Shown here one piece after another: positions 1-9,427 of a stretch of 64,000 bases of DNA. Under the pieces are notes generated by a model. It did no database searches and was not told the origin of the DNA. It saw nothing but the letters and a program-made list of their open reading frames with translations. A program made the position numbers and the translations under genes. The first letter of the stretch is position 1; the number at the start of each line of letters is the position of its first letter. Origin of the DNA: Candidatus Micrarchaeota archaeon (GTDB taxonomy: Archaea; Micrarchaeota; Micrarchaeia; Micrarchaeales; CABMGC01). The DNA lies in contig DAHWXM010000019.1 of NCBI GenBank assembly GCA_027334165.1, positions 9,983 to 73,982 on the forward strand, in the 5' to 3' direction.

Positions 1-1146
1 CTTCAGCCGGTGTGATTTGTAGTCGAAGAGCAGTGCCACAAGCATCAGTGCCAACACGGAATAGCCCAGATATGAAATCTTCTCGTTAACGTCAGGCGTG
101 TAACTTACCCCCTGATAAGTGAGACCGTAAAGTGATGCGTAGTTCCTCACTGCGGCAAAATTGAGCAGAGGGTTGTAGAAGCTGGGGATGAAGAATGATG
201 CGAGATTGTTGCTCCATAACATGTTGTGCGTGACTCCGGAGAGCTGATTGGCGGATGATACAACGCCGGGCTGGAGCGCTCCAAACGCTATCGGTATCAG
301 GAACGGACTTCCGAGTATAGCAGCCAGGGCCAGCATGCCGGCAAAGAGTTTCGCAAATTCGAAGTTTATGATCTCCTTCCTGTATTCCTTCATTATCACA
401 AACATTATCAACAGCAGGAACATGAATAGAAATAGCTCTATGCCTTGTAGCAGGTCCCCGAAGAAATTTACCAGCACTATGGACACCGAAGCAAGTACCA
501 TGTAGCGCACCTTCTTTTCACGCAGCATGAGCAGCAAAGCCAGTGCGAATAATGGCACGAATTCGATAGATGCCCAGTTAAGATGGCCCATCGATTGGGC
601 TATGTGCATTGGGCTAAATGCAAATATAAGTCCGGCAATGAACGAGGCGTACTTGTTCCCTGTAAGCTTGTATGTCAGTATAAATGTAAAGAGCCCAGAC
701 AGCATGAATCCCAGGAAGAATATGGCATCGTATGTAAACGGAAGGCCGAAAATCTGCAGCGGTGCGGTGAGTATACCGGCAAGCGGCATCAATGTTTCGG
801 TCACCAGGTTCGCACCGACAGGGAAGTACAGGAGGTTTGTGAAATACGGATTTACATGAAACGAGAATATCGCGGTAGGAACCCACCATAGGCTCCACAT
901 GCTCTGATAAACGTCACCTCCGCCATTTGGCACGGTGTTCCATGCCCCAACGGTTATGTACCAGAACAGTATCAGTGTTATCGCGGCGTATGCTGCGAGC
1001 GACTTCAGGTACAGTCGCCCGGACTCACTAGTCGCGTGGTGCCGCGCGGATTCGTAAACACGCCTGTGGATAGATTTTTTGTGCACGCTCGGCTGCTTTT
1101 CAGTGCTTGGTTCATCTTCGCTCAAACAATCACGCTGAAACCGCAT
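1..1146 (-). CDS. Multi-pass membrane protein, probable GT-C fold glycosyltransferase (YfhO/PMT-like); runs off left edge
   Basis: Not in the ORF track because it has no stop in the window. Manual translation from ATG 1146 gives ...NGGGDVYQSMWSLWW...YFPVGANLVTET...AGLIFAFSPMHIAQSMGHLNW... with many hydrophobic helices. It follows the GT2 gene in the same direction. Start uncertain. Confidence 0.65.
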   Translation of the reverse strand, partial: MRFQRDCLSEDEPSTEKQPSVHKKSIHRRVYESARHHATSESGRLYLKSLAAYAAITLILFWYITVGAWNTVPNGGGDVYQSMWSLWWVPTAIFSFHVNPYFTNLLYFPVGANLVTETLMPLAGILTAPLQIFGLPFTYDAIFFLGFMLSGLFTFILTYKLTGNKYASFIAGLIFAFSPMHIAQSMGHLNWASIEFVPLFALALLLMLREKKVRYMVLASVSIVLVNFFGDLLQGIELFLFMFLLLIMFVIMKEYRKEIINFEFAKLFAGMLALAAILGSPFLIPIAFGALQPGVVSSANQLSGVTHNMLWSNNLASFFIPSFYNPLLNFAAVRNYASLYGLTYQGVSYTPDVNEKISYLGYSVLALMLVALLFDYKSHRLK

Positions 1147-1158
1147 GGTGCCGATGCA

Positions 1159-1920
1159 TCACGCGATGATACTATCTTTTTCTCGTCCTGTTTTAAATAT
1201 CTTGGTATGGCTGCTGGGATTTAACCGGAAGCCCATCATGGACCTTATGAAAACAAATACGTCAATCATGCGTATTTTTGTTTCCTTGTGCTCCCTCCAT
1301 GCGACTGGGAGCTCGTACGGTATTATACCTTCCTGCTGCGCACGGATCAGCAGTTCAGAATCAAAGAACCAGCCATTCTCGGTTATTTCCGAAGCTATCC
1401 TGGCGGAGTACTTGCCCTTGAAGAACTTGAATCCGCACTGATGGTCATGGACCGAAGAGTTGAACAGCGCACGTATCATTAAGTTATATGCCGCGCTCAG
1501 GGAGTACCTCAATGGGCTGCGGTCTATGTTGGAGCCGCTAACGTACCGCGAGCCAACGACTATTTCATTGCCCTCATTAACTAGTCTAACGGCTTTTTCC
1601 AAGTAGTCGAGCGGCACTGACAGATCTATGTCCATATAGCCCACAACGTCAGCGCGCGCCGCTGACATCGCTGCTTTGATGCCACCCCCTTTTCCGAGCC
1701 GGTTCCGGCTAGTTACTAGTTTAACGTTAGGAAGCCGCGCGTACTTTTTAGCAATGGATCTGGTGCAATCTGTTGATCCGTCCTCCGCTATTATTATCTC
1801 GAAGCTGCCGAGCTTTTTGGCTGCCGAGTATATCTTATCGAAGTTGCGCTTCAGATTGGCGCATTCGTTGCATACGGGAAGTATTATTGCAATGTTTTTC
1901 ATGCGAGCACCATGTGTCAT
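1159..1920 (-). CDS. GT2 glycosyltransferase, dolichol-phosphate glycosyltransferase-like
   Basis: IILPVCNE, AEDGSTDCT, GKGGG, YMDIDLS (DxD), DHQCGFK and WFFDSELL motifs. Confidence 0.9.
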   Translation of the reverse strand: MTHGARMKNIAIILPVCNECANLKRNFDKIYSAAKKLGSFEIIIAEDGSTDCTRSIAKKYARLPNVKLVTSRNRLGKGGGIKAAMSAARADVVGYMDIDLSVPLDYLEKAVRLVNEGNEIVVGSRYVSGSNIDRSPLRYSLSAAYNLMIRALFNSSVHDHQCGFKFFKGKYSARIASEITENGWFFDSELLIRAQQEGIIPYELPVAWREHKETKIRMIDVFVFIRSMMGFRLNPSSHTKIFKTGREKDSIIA

Positions 1921-2861
1921 TGTTTACCTGCAATTGTGCTGCCGTGCAGCAAGTCATTTACCGCGGTTTCTACAGCCTCGCGCGAGCTCTTCTCTGGGCT
2001 CCATCCGAGACCGCGCAGTTTCTTGTTGTCGAGCAACATTACGCGCACATCGCCCTTCCAGCCTCTGCCGTTCAGGTTGTTCTTGTAGGCGTACTCTGGC
2101 GACAAGCCCATCTTCTTGCATATTATCTCGGCTATCTCATCGACTGATATCGAATCGTCACTGCCGACGTTTACGCGCGTATGCCGCATGCGAGTCTTGC
2201 CGGATAGGAGCGTCACGGCGTGGATTACGTCGTTTATGTATACATAGCTTTTCCGCTGCTTGCCATCTCCCAGGATCTCCAGCCGTGCGGGGTTTGAACG
2301 CAGTTTCTCCATGAAATCAGGTATTATCCCGTGCGATGTTCTTCCGCCTATCACGTTAGCGAGTCGCAACGATACCGCCTTTATCCCATAGTCAGTCGAG
2401 TATCTCTCCACTAGTTCCTCGCCGAACAGCTTGAACAAGCCGTAGTTCGACACGGGCTTCGTTCTGTATTTTTCGGGAGTGGGTACCTTCCTTGCCTCAC
2501 CATATACCACAGACGAGGAAGCGAACACGAATTTTGACGCGTCATGCCGCCTTGCGAGTTCTAGCGCGTTTAGAGTGCCGGTGACATCCTGCTCAAAGTG
2601 ACGCCGCACATCGAGCATTGATGTCCTTACGTTCGGGTTCGCAGCGAGGTGCAGCATCGTACATCCCCTCTCGAGGCGCACTTCGTCGATAGCCTTGCCG
2701 TTGGACAAATCGACCTTTAGCAGCGTTGCATTTGGATTTGTGTGGTGCCCGGATGAAAGGTCATCTATGACCGTGACATTGTTCCCTTCGGCGAGTGAGT
2801 CGACGATATGGCCGCCTATGTATCCTGCGCCTCCGGTTATCACGTAATCCAAAATAAACAC
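1917..2861 (-). CDS. NAD-dependent epimerase/dehydratase (UDP-glucose 4-epimerase-like)
   Basis: ITGGAGYIG Rossmann motif, ASSSVVYG, YGLFK (YxxxK), GDGKQRKSYVY; 4-nt overlap with the GT2 gene. Confidence 0.9.
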   Translation of the reverse strand: MFILDYVITGGAGYIGGHIVDSLAEGNNVTVIDDLSSGHHTNPNATLLKVDLSNGKAIDEVRLERGCTMLHLAANPNVRTSMLDVRRHFEQDVTGTLNALELARRHDASKFVFASSSVVYGEARKVPTPEKYRTKPVSNYGLFKLFGEELVERYSTDYGIKAVSLRLANVIGGRTSHGIIPDFMEKLRSNPARLEILGDGKQRKSYVYINDVIHAVTLLSGKTRMRHTRVNVGSDDSISVDEIAEIICKKMGLSPEYAYKNNLNGRGWKGDVRVMLLDNKKLRGLGWSPEKSSREAVETAVNDLLHGSTIAGKQ

Positions 2862-3100
2862 CGAAACAGATTATTCAATCGCAGTATATAATTGTTTGTG
2901 GGAATCGGCATTATCTCGGTTAGCGATGGTACGCTGCGGTACGGCGGTTTGCGTCGCGATGCCATTCCCATGTATTCTCTATTTGCGCATCGACACAAAA
3001 ACTTTAAATAACTATCGCAACACTTATGTTATTACGGAAAGGCGGCCTTTGGGGAGGCCTAAACAGTGGGGTAAGACAGGCATTAGGTCAAGGCACTTAA

Positions 3101-3361
3101 ATGGGTGGAAGGATGGAAGTGGAATACGCAATGCGAGAGTTAGAGGAAGGGGGAACGTATGACGTGCGAGTCGATGCGAAGAACCCGAAAGGGGAAGGTA
3201 TCGGCAGGGTGAACAACGTAGTAGTTTTCATAAAGAACGCGAAGGCGAGGTCGGGCAAGACTTACAAGGTCAAGATAACCAAACTGCACCGTACCTTTGC
3301 ATATGCGGAGCTCCTTGAGAATAGCAAGTATTTTATAGGTAATGGTAGTTTAATAGTGTAA
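3101..3361 (+). CDS. Stand-alone TRAM-domain RNA-binding protein
   Basis: GEGIGRVNNVVVFIKNA...KVKITKLHRTFAYAE matches the TRAM fold; start may be 3113. Confidence 0.85.
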   Translation: MGGRMEVEYAMRELEEGGTYDVRVDAKNPKGEGIGRVNNVVVFIKNAKARSGKTYKVKITKLHRTFAYAELLENSKYFIGNGSLIV

Positions 3362-3460
3362 GGGAATTTTTATTCTCTTACTTTTTAGTTTGACCGGATA
3401 GGGGCTTTGTCCGGTGTGGGTTTATTCAGGGTTATTTTTGAGGTATTTATAGGTGCAGAT

Positions 3461-4096
3461 ATGGATAGTAAGGAATTTTATGAGAATGTGAAGAAGGGCA
3501 CTACGACCGTAGGCATCGTGTGCGGGGACGGAGTGGTCGTTGGCGCTGATTCTAGGGCGACAATGGACACGTTCATCGCAAGCTCAGAGGCCATAAAGGT
3601 CTACAAGATAAGTGACAACCTGGCTATGACCATAGCAGGAGGAGTCGGAGATGCGGAATACCTGGTAAAGCTCCTCAAAGTGCAGAACGAGATGTACAAG
3701 ATGGATGAGGGCAAGACACTTTCACCGACATCCGCAACATCGCTAGTGTCCATCATACTTCAGGAGAACAAAATGTTTCCATACCTGGTGCAATTGATAC
3801 TGGCAGGCACCAACAAGGGCGTACCAGAGCTCTACAATATAGACGCGCTAGGCGGCTATACCAAAGAAAGCAAATTCACGTCTACCGGAAGCGGTTCGCT
3901 GACCGCGCTTGGATACGTGGAGAGCATATATTCTCCGGATATGCAGACCCAGGAGGCTGCCAAGTACGTGCTTAAGGCGCTAAAGATAGCAATGAGAAGA
4001 GACTCCGCAACAGGTGACGGCACGAAGCTCGTGGCGATAACCAAGAAGGGTTTCAAAGAGTATACCAGAGAGGAGATGGAAAAACTGCTCAAGTGA
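3461..4096 (+). CDS. psmB: Proteasome beta subunit
   Basis: Propeptide ...KKG|TTTVG with N-terminal Thr nucleophile, GADSRAT, GSGS, RDSATGD; GGTG RBS before ATG 3461. Confidence 0.95.
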   Translation: MDSKEFYENVKKGTTTVGIVCGDGVVVGADSRATMDTFIASSEAIKVYKISDNLAMTIAGGVGDAEYLVKLLKVQNEMYKMDEGKTLSPTSATSLVSIILQENKMFPYLVQLILAGTNKGVPELYNIDALGGYTKESKFTSTGSGSLTALGYVESIYSPDMQTQEAAKYVLKALKIAMRRDSATGDGTKLVAITKKGFKEYTREEMEKLLK

Positions 4097-4187
4097 CGCG
4101 AGAGCGGTGCACACGCAGTGCGTGGAGCGCACCGGCATGATGGCGTCTGAAGCGACGGATGTATAGCATAATCCTTAAAGTGATAAA

Positions 4188-6128
4188 GTGAGTGTAGAAA
4201 GCGAGAATAAGGAGCTTATAGACAAGATAAAGGAGCTCGTTCCTAAGGAAGCAGGGCTTTCGAAGATAGAGTACGAAGGTCCGGACATAGCGATATACGT
4301 TAAGAACATCGCTTACTTGTACGGCGACGAGAACGTAATAAAGAACATTTCAGCTGCGATAAAGAAAAGGCTGTTGGTCAGGTCGGATCCCTCTGAGCTG
4401 AGCGATCCGGACGAGGCGCTAGCCAAAATAAAGGAGATAGTGCCTGCAGAGGCGGGAGTCAATGAGGAAGGTATACGCTTCATGCCGGAGTTTGGCGAGG
4501 TGCACATCGAGGCGCTTAAGCCAGGACTCGTTATCGGGAAGGGAGGCGCGACGCTTATAAAGGTAGTGAAAGAGACCAGATGGGTACCGCGTGTGCTCAG
4601 GACCCCCACGATGAACAGCGATGTGATAAAGGGGGTCAGGCAGATGCTGCTTAAGGAGAGTGACTTCAGGAAGAAGTTCCTAACAGGCATAGGCAAGAAG
4701 ATAAACCAGCAACTGGTCAAGAGTGACTGGGTCAAGGCCACCGCACTGGGAGGCTTCAAGGAGGTAGGTAGGAGTAGCCTTCTGGTAGAGACACACCATT
4801 CAAAGATACTGATAGACTGCGGGATAAGCCCGGAGCCCGGAATACGCGGGGCGGATGCCAACGAGGGCAATGCGAACAAGGCATTCCCATACCTGGATAG
4901 CGCGAACATAACAATCAACGACATAGACGCGGTTATACTGACACACGCTCACATGGATCATACCGGATTCGTTCCATACCTGTTCAAGTTCGGGTACACT
5001 GGGCCGGTGTACTGCACACCGCCAACACGAGACCTTATCGCACTGCTGCTTTACGACTATACAAGGCTAGTGGCAAAGGGCGGCGGAGTCCCGTTGTATG
5101 GAGAGAAGGACATCAAGAACATGCTAATGCACACCATAACACGCGACTATGGTGAAGTCACTAACGTCACTGATGAGATAAAGCTTACGTACCACAACGC
5201 GGGGCACATACTAGGCAGCGGCACGGTGCATCTGCACATAGGCGAGGGCCTTTACAACATAGTAGACACTGGCGATTTCAAGTATGGATTCACCAGGCTC
5301 TTCGACCAAGCGGACACGCGCTATCCCAGGATAGACGCGCTCTTTATGGAGAGCACGTACGGCGGACCGCACGACATAACAGCCAACAGGAGGGATGCTG
5401 AGATAGAGCTGATGGAGAATATAAAGCGCACCATAGAGAATGGTGGTAAGGTTCTTGTGCCCCTATTCTCCGTAGGCAGGAGTCAGGAGATAATGCTTGT
5501 GCTTGAGAGCTACATGACCAACAATCCACGGTACAAGCTCGACGTTCCGATATACCTAGATGGCATGATACTGGAGGCAAGCGCAATACATACCGCGTAC
5601 CCCGAATACCTGAGGACCAACCTTCAGCACAGGATCCTGAGCAACAACTCTCCTTTCGAGAGTGAGATATTCGAAATAGCCAAGGGCGAAAGACAGGAGA
5701 TACTTGAAAAGGGACCTGCGGTCATACTTGCCAGCGGCGGAATGCTTAATGGTGGAGCGAGTCTGGAATACTTCAAGGCCATGGCCGAAGACCCAAAGAA
5801 CATGGTGATATTCGTAGGATACAACAGCGTGAGCTCCCTTGGTAGACGCGTTCAGAACGGCCTGCGTGAAGTGGCGCTCCCCGGAGAGGATGGAAAGATG
5901 AGCTCGATCAAGATAAACCTCCAGGTAAAGACGGTTGAGGGGTTCTCCGGACACAGCGACAGAAGAGAACTAATGCGCTTCGTGGAAAACCTTCGCCCTG
6001 CTGCGAAGAGAATATTCACGATGCACGGAGAGGAATCGAAGTGCGAAGACCTCGCGCGAACGTTAGGAAACAGGTTTAGGGTCGAATCGCGCTCGCAGAT
6101 GAACCTTGACTCGGTAAGGCTTAAATGA
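4188..6128 (+). CDS. fttA: KH-domain beta-CASP ribonuclease aCPSF1 (FttA transcription-termination factor)
   Basis: N-terminal KH region (KPGLVIGKGG), THAHMDH metallo-beta-lactamase motif, AGHILGS, MESTYG, GFSGHSD; conserved position after psmB. Confidence 0.95.
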   Translation: MSVESENKELIDKIKELVPKEAGLSKIEYEGPDIAIYVKNIAYLYGDENVIKNISAAIKKRLLVRSDPSELSDPDEALAKIKEIVPAEAGVNEEGIRFMPEFGEVHIEALKPGLVIGKGGATLIKVVKETRWVPRVLRTPTMNSDVIKGVRQMLLKESDFRKKFLTGIGKKINQQLVKSDWVKATALGGFKEVGRSSLLVETHHSKILIDCGISPEPGIRGADANEGNANKAFPYLDSANITINDIDAVILTHAHMDHTGFVPYLFKFGYTGPVYCTPPTRDLIALLLYDYTRLVAKGGGVPLYGEKDIKNMLMHTITRDYGEVTNVTDEIKLTYHNAGHILGSGTVHLHIGEGLYNIVDTGDFKYGFTRLFDQADTRYPRIDALFMESTYGGPHDITANRRDAEIELMENIKRTIENGGKVLVPLFSVGRSQEIMLVLESYMTNNPRYKLDVPIYLDGMILEASAIHTAYPEYLRTNLQHRILSNNSPFESEIFEIAKGERQEILEKGPAVILASGGMLNGGASLEYFKAMAEDPKNMVIFVGYNSVSSLGRRVQNGLREVALPGEDGKMSSIKINLQVKTVEGFSGHSDRRELMRFVENLRPAAKRIFTMHGEESKCEDLARTLGNRFRVESRSQMNLDSVRLK

Positions 6129-6176
6129 CATCTTTTTCATCTTGCCTTGTAAAGTGGACCGCGACTGGAACGCGTA

Positions 6177-6956
6177 TCAGAACACTTCTGGTTTAGGCCA
6201 CTCTATGTCGTTCGGTTCCACGTGTTCTTCGGCCTTTATAGAAACAGAGCTCATGCGGCTGTATATGAGGAATGCTATGGATGCAATTGACACCGCAGTA
6301 GCAAGAAGCAGGTAGGATGTGCTGCTGTTCATGTACTCATAGCTTGACATCATCAGCGTGAATACGCCCATGACTGCGCCGAACTGGAACCCGCGTTTGT
6401 AGGTCGCGAGTATTATTATGCCGGAAAGAAAGCTAGCCAGCGCCAATATTATGTTTATTATCTGAAAGAAGTAATTAGATACAAACAGTGAGAGTGTAGA
6501 GGTAGAAAGCGATGTCAGCAGGTCGCCGACGATGAACGAGGCGGTAGGATAGGCAAAGTACGTGAAGATGAGCGCGTTGATGAAGAAGGATAGCCCAGCG
6601 GCGTATGAGAACGCATTCTTCGCGTATGTCTTTTCGGTCTTGCCCCCAGATACAAAGTCTATATCCTCCAAACAGTAAAAGTTGCCCTCGAACTTGACAA
6701 GATCGGCGTAGCAGAATGGCCTCTTGCATCTCTCGCATAGCGAATATGCAGGACGCCAGGTGTGCATAACGCAATTCAAGCCCTTCGCTGCCTCTATGTT
6801 ATTCTTTGCGGTTGTGAATATCTTAAGTATCTTAGGCTCCTCGAGCTGTACGGCGGTTTTGGACTCGCCGTTCGCTGGCTTACCGGAGGCCTCAGCCCTG
6901 GCGCCTGATGCTCCACTCGGCGTAGCGCCGCCAGTAGGGACATCCTCCTCTGCCAA
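6177..6956 (-). CDS. Hypothetical membrane protein with B-box-like zinc finger
   Basis: CVMH...CERC...CYAD...CLED followed by about 4 hydrophobic helices. Start placed at TTG 6956 to avoid overlap with rps26e; the track start is 7046. Confidence 0.7.
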   Translation of the reverse strand: MAEEDVPTGGATPSGASGARAEASGKPANGESKTAVQLEEPKILKIFTTAKNNIEAAKGLNCVMHTWRPAYSLCERCKRPFCYADLVKFEGNFYCLEDIDFVSGGKTEKTYAKNAFSYAAGLSFFINALIFTYFAYPTASFIVGDLLTSLSTSTLSLFVSNYFFQIINIILALASFLSGIIILATYKRGFQFGAVMGVFTLMMSSYEYMNSSTSYLLLATAVSIASIAFLIYSRMSSVSIKAEEHVEPNDIEWPKPEVF

Positions 6957-6978
6957 TAATCCCACCACCAAATCAGAT

Positions 6979-7221
6979 TCAATATCCACGCGCAGCATTT
7001 CGTGCAGCAAATCTCGCTGCCGCAGCCTTCTTCTTCTCGAAGACACCCCTGTGCTTTGCGCAGCTTATGCAATAGTATACCTTCCTTCTTGTTACAAAGC
7101 GTATGTTGCCCTCATTGGCTTCAGTGCTGAGATTTATGACCCTCTCATCCATGACTGCCTTGTTCCTAGGTACTTTTCTGCCACAATTGTCGCACGTTAC
7201 TGGCGGTTCCCGTCCTCTCAT
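6979..7221 (-). CDS. rps26e: 30S ribosomal protein eS26
   Basis: VTCDNCGRKVPRNKAV...YYCISCAKHRG matches the S26e zinc-binding signature. Confidence 0.9.
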   Translation of the reverse strand: MRGREPPVTCDNCGRKVPRNKAVMDERVINLSTEANEGNIRFVTRRKVYYCISCAKHRGVFEKKKAAAARFAARNAARGY

Positions 7222-7831
7222 CAATCACACCAATGTATATTTCTCCTTTGAATTAGTAGATTATAACGTGCTATCTCTATATATACCTATTTGAGGACAT
7301 GTGCCGGTAGCATGCAACGGGCTTACAGCAGTATTGTGGTGCCATCGGACCCAACGGACCCTGAAGGACCCGTGTTTACTCCAGAATTGACATTTCTTGT
7401 TATTATCAAGTCTATCTCCGGTGCAAATTCGATCGGGGTAGCTGGTTTAAACTCTCACCCGTTATGCCGGGCTTATACGCCTGCGTCGCTGCTGCGACCA
7501 ACTGTCCCAAAAAGCCCCTTTCGTGGCGGAGGCGATATTTAACGGCAACACCTTAGAAACCGATGCGAGGTCGGCCTTTCTGGCAGAATCCTTTAATAGG
7601 CAATTGCATCAAAAAAGACTTCGCCGACAGCGAGGAGCTTGCGGATGCATCCTCAAACACGTATTCGCCCTGTTTGAAATCCATGCTAATCCCGATGGCG
7701 AGTTATGTTTTACGGGTTGCGTTTTATGCTTTCTGAGACTGATCCAAGGAGTTCGTTCCGTTTGAATTGGGAATGCACTTACACCACATTTGTTTTACAT
7801 TATAAATAATTTTGCATGGCACAGTAGAATA

Positions 7832-8140
7832 GTGGAATCGGAAGAGCTAAACTGCAAGCGGATAGTTTCGTCCATGATACCTGCGGTGCGCATACGCATT
7901 GCCGAGGTGCTCGATTCTAGATACGGGTACAAGCAAAAGGATATAGCGGCAAAACTCGGGGTGGTCCAGGTGGCAGTGAGCAAGTATCTCAACAAGAAGT
8001 ACTCTAAGGCAGTGGAGAGGGAAAAGGAGGAGCTGAAGGACAGGATAGAGAAGGAAGGCCTTGTGGATGCCATAATAAAGTGCAATGACCCCAACGAAGT
8101 GAACTACAGGATAGAGAGGTTCTGCGAAGGAACCGCTTGA
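7832..8140 (+). CDS. Predicted HTH transcriptional regulator (COG2522-like)
   Basis: IPAVRIRIAEVL...GYKQKDIAAKLGVVQVAVSKYL HTH; directly upstream of gdhA. Confidence 0.75.
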   Translation: MESEELNCKRIVSSMIPAVRIRIAEVLDSRYGYKQKDIAAKLGVVQVAVSKYLNKKYSKAVEREKEELKDRIEKEGLVDAIIKCNDPNEVNYRIERFCEGTA

Positions 8141-8161
8141 TTGCGATTAGGAGGTAATAAA

Positions 8162-9427
8162 ATGGTGGAAGAATTAGATCCGTTCAAGATAGCGCAGAAG
8201 CAGCTCGATGATGCGGCAGCGATAATGTCGCTGGACAAGCAGGCGCTCGCAATATTGCGTGAGCCAAAAAGGGTTGTCACCGTCAACATACCGGTGAGAA
8301 TGAGTGATGGCACCACTGAGACATTCACTGGATTCCGTGTGATGTACAACGATGCAAGAGGGCCGGGCAAGGGAGGCATACGTTTCCATCCTGAAGAAAA
8401 CGTCAGCACGGTCAAGGCACTTGCTGCATGGATGACATGGAAGACGGCACTGGCGGACATACCTTTCGGAGGGGGCAAGGGCGGTGTCATATGTGACACT
8501 AAGAAGATGGATGCATTCGAACTGGAAAATCTCTCCAGGAGCTACGTCAGGGCACTTGCAGAAGTTGTAGGGCCCAAGAAGGATGTGCCCGCACCTGACG
8601 TCTACACAACGCCGCAAATAATGGCGTGGATGATGGACGAGTATAACAAGCTCGCTGGCGGAAGCGAGCCCGGATTCATAACTGGAAAGCCGGTCGAGAT
8701 AGGCGGCTCCCAGGGAAGATTCGACTCCACAGCAATGGGGGGGATGTACATACTAAGGAACGCAGCCAAAATGGCGAAGATGGATCTTAAGAAGGCAAGA
8801 GTTGCGATACAGGGCTTTGGAAACGCGGGCAAATTCGCCTTCGACATAGCAAACACTATGCTTGGCGCGAATGTGGTGGCCATAAGTGATTCGAAGGGGG
8901 GGGTATACTCAGAAAAGGGCCTGGACTATGACAAGTTGAGCGCGGCGAAGGAGCAGACCGGCACAGTGCAGGGTTACAAAGGCACTGAAGACGTCAGCAA
9001 CGAGGATCTTCTTGAGCTTGACGTAGACGTATTGATACCGGCCGCAATAGAAAATCAGATCACCGGAAAGAACGCGGACAGGATAAACGCAAAGATGGTG
9101 CTCGAACTCGCAAACGGCCCGGTCACCCCGGATGCGGACAAGATCCTGTTTGAGAAGGGTATACTAGACCTGCCGGACTTCCTTGTGAACTCGGGAGGCG
9201 TGATAGTGTCTTACTTTGAGTGGGTCCAAAACAACTCCGGAGAGTATTGGACAGAGGATAGCGTTTACAAGAAACTAGACGGCATAGTTACCAAATCCTT
9301 CAATGATATGGTTGCCATGCAGAAGGAATACAAGGAAAAGGGAAAGAAGATAACTCCGAGGCAGGCGGCGTACATAATAGCCGTTGATAGGGTCGCAAAG
9401 GCCATGAAGCTTAGGGGATGGTACTAA
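8162..9427 (+). CDS. gdhA: Glutamate dehydrogenase (Glu/Leu/Phe/Val family)
   Basis: [51 protein letters not shown]; GGAGG RBS. Confidence 0.95.
   Translation: MVEELDPFKIAQKQLDDAAAIMSLDKQALAILREPKRVVTVNIPVRMSDGTTETFTGFRVMYNDARGPGKGGIRFHPEENVSTVKALAAWMTWKTALADIPFGGGKGGVICDTKKMDAFELENLSRSYVRALAEVVGPKKDVPAPDVYTTPQIMAWMMDEYNKLAGGSEPGFITGKPVEIGGSQGRFDSTAMGGMYILRNAAKMAKMDLKKARVAIQGFGNAGKFAFDIANTMLGANVVAISDSKGGVYSEKGLDYDKLSAAKEQTGTVQGYKGTEDVSNEDLLELDVDVLIPAAIENQITGKNADRINAKMVLELANGPVTPDADKILFEKGILDLPDFLVNSGGVIVSYFEWVQNNSGEYWTEDSVYKKLDGIVTKSFNDMVAMQKEYKEKGKKITPRQAAYIIAVDRVAKAMKLRGWY

Noticed and set aside
248-1482. Several short plus-strand ORFs in the track
   Set aside because: They are antisense shadows of the real minus-strand membrane protein and GT2 gene.
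7290-7780. RNase P RNA or SRP RNA in the large intergenic gap
   Set aside because: GGCTTA-like words are present, but there is no GAGGAAAGTCC-type P4 partner in the right order and no SRP helix-8 motif on either strand.
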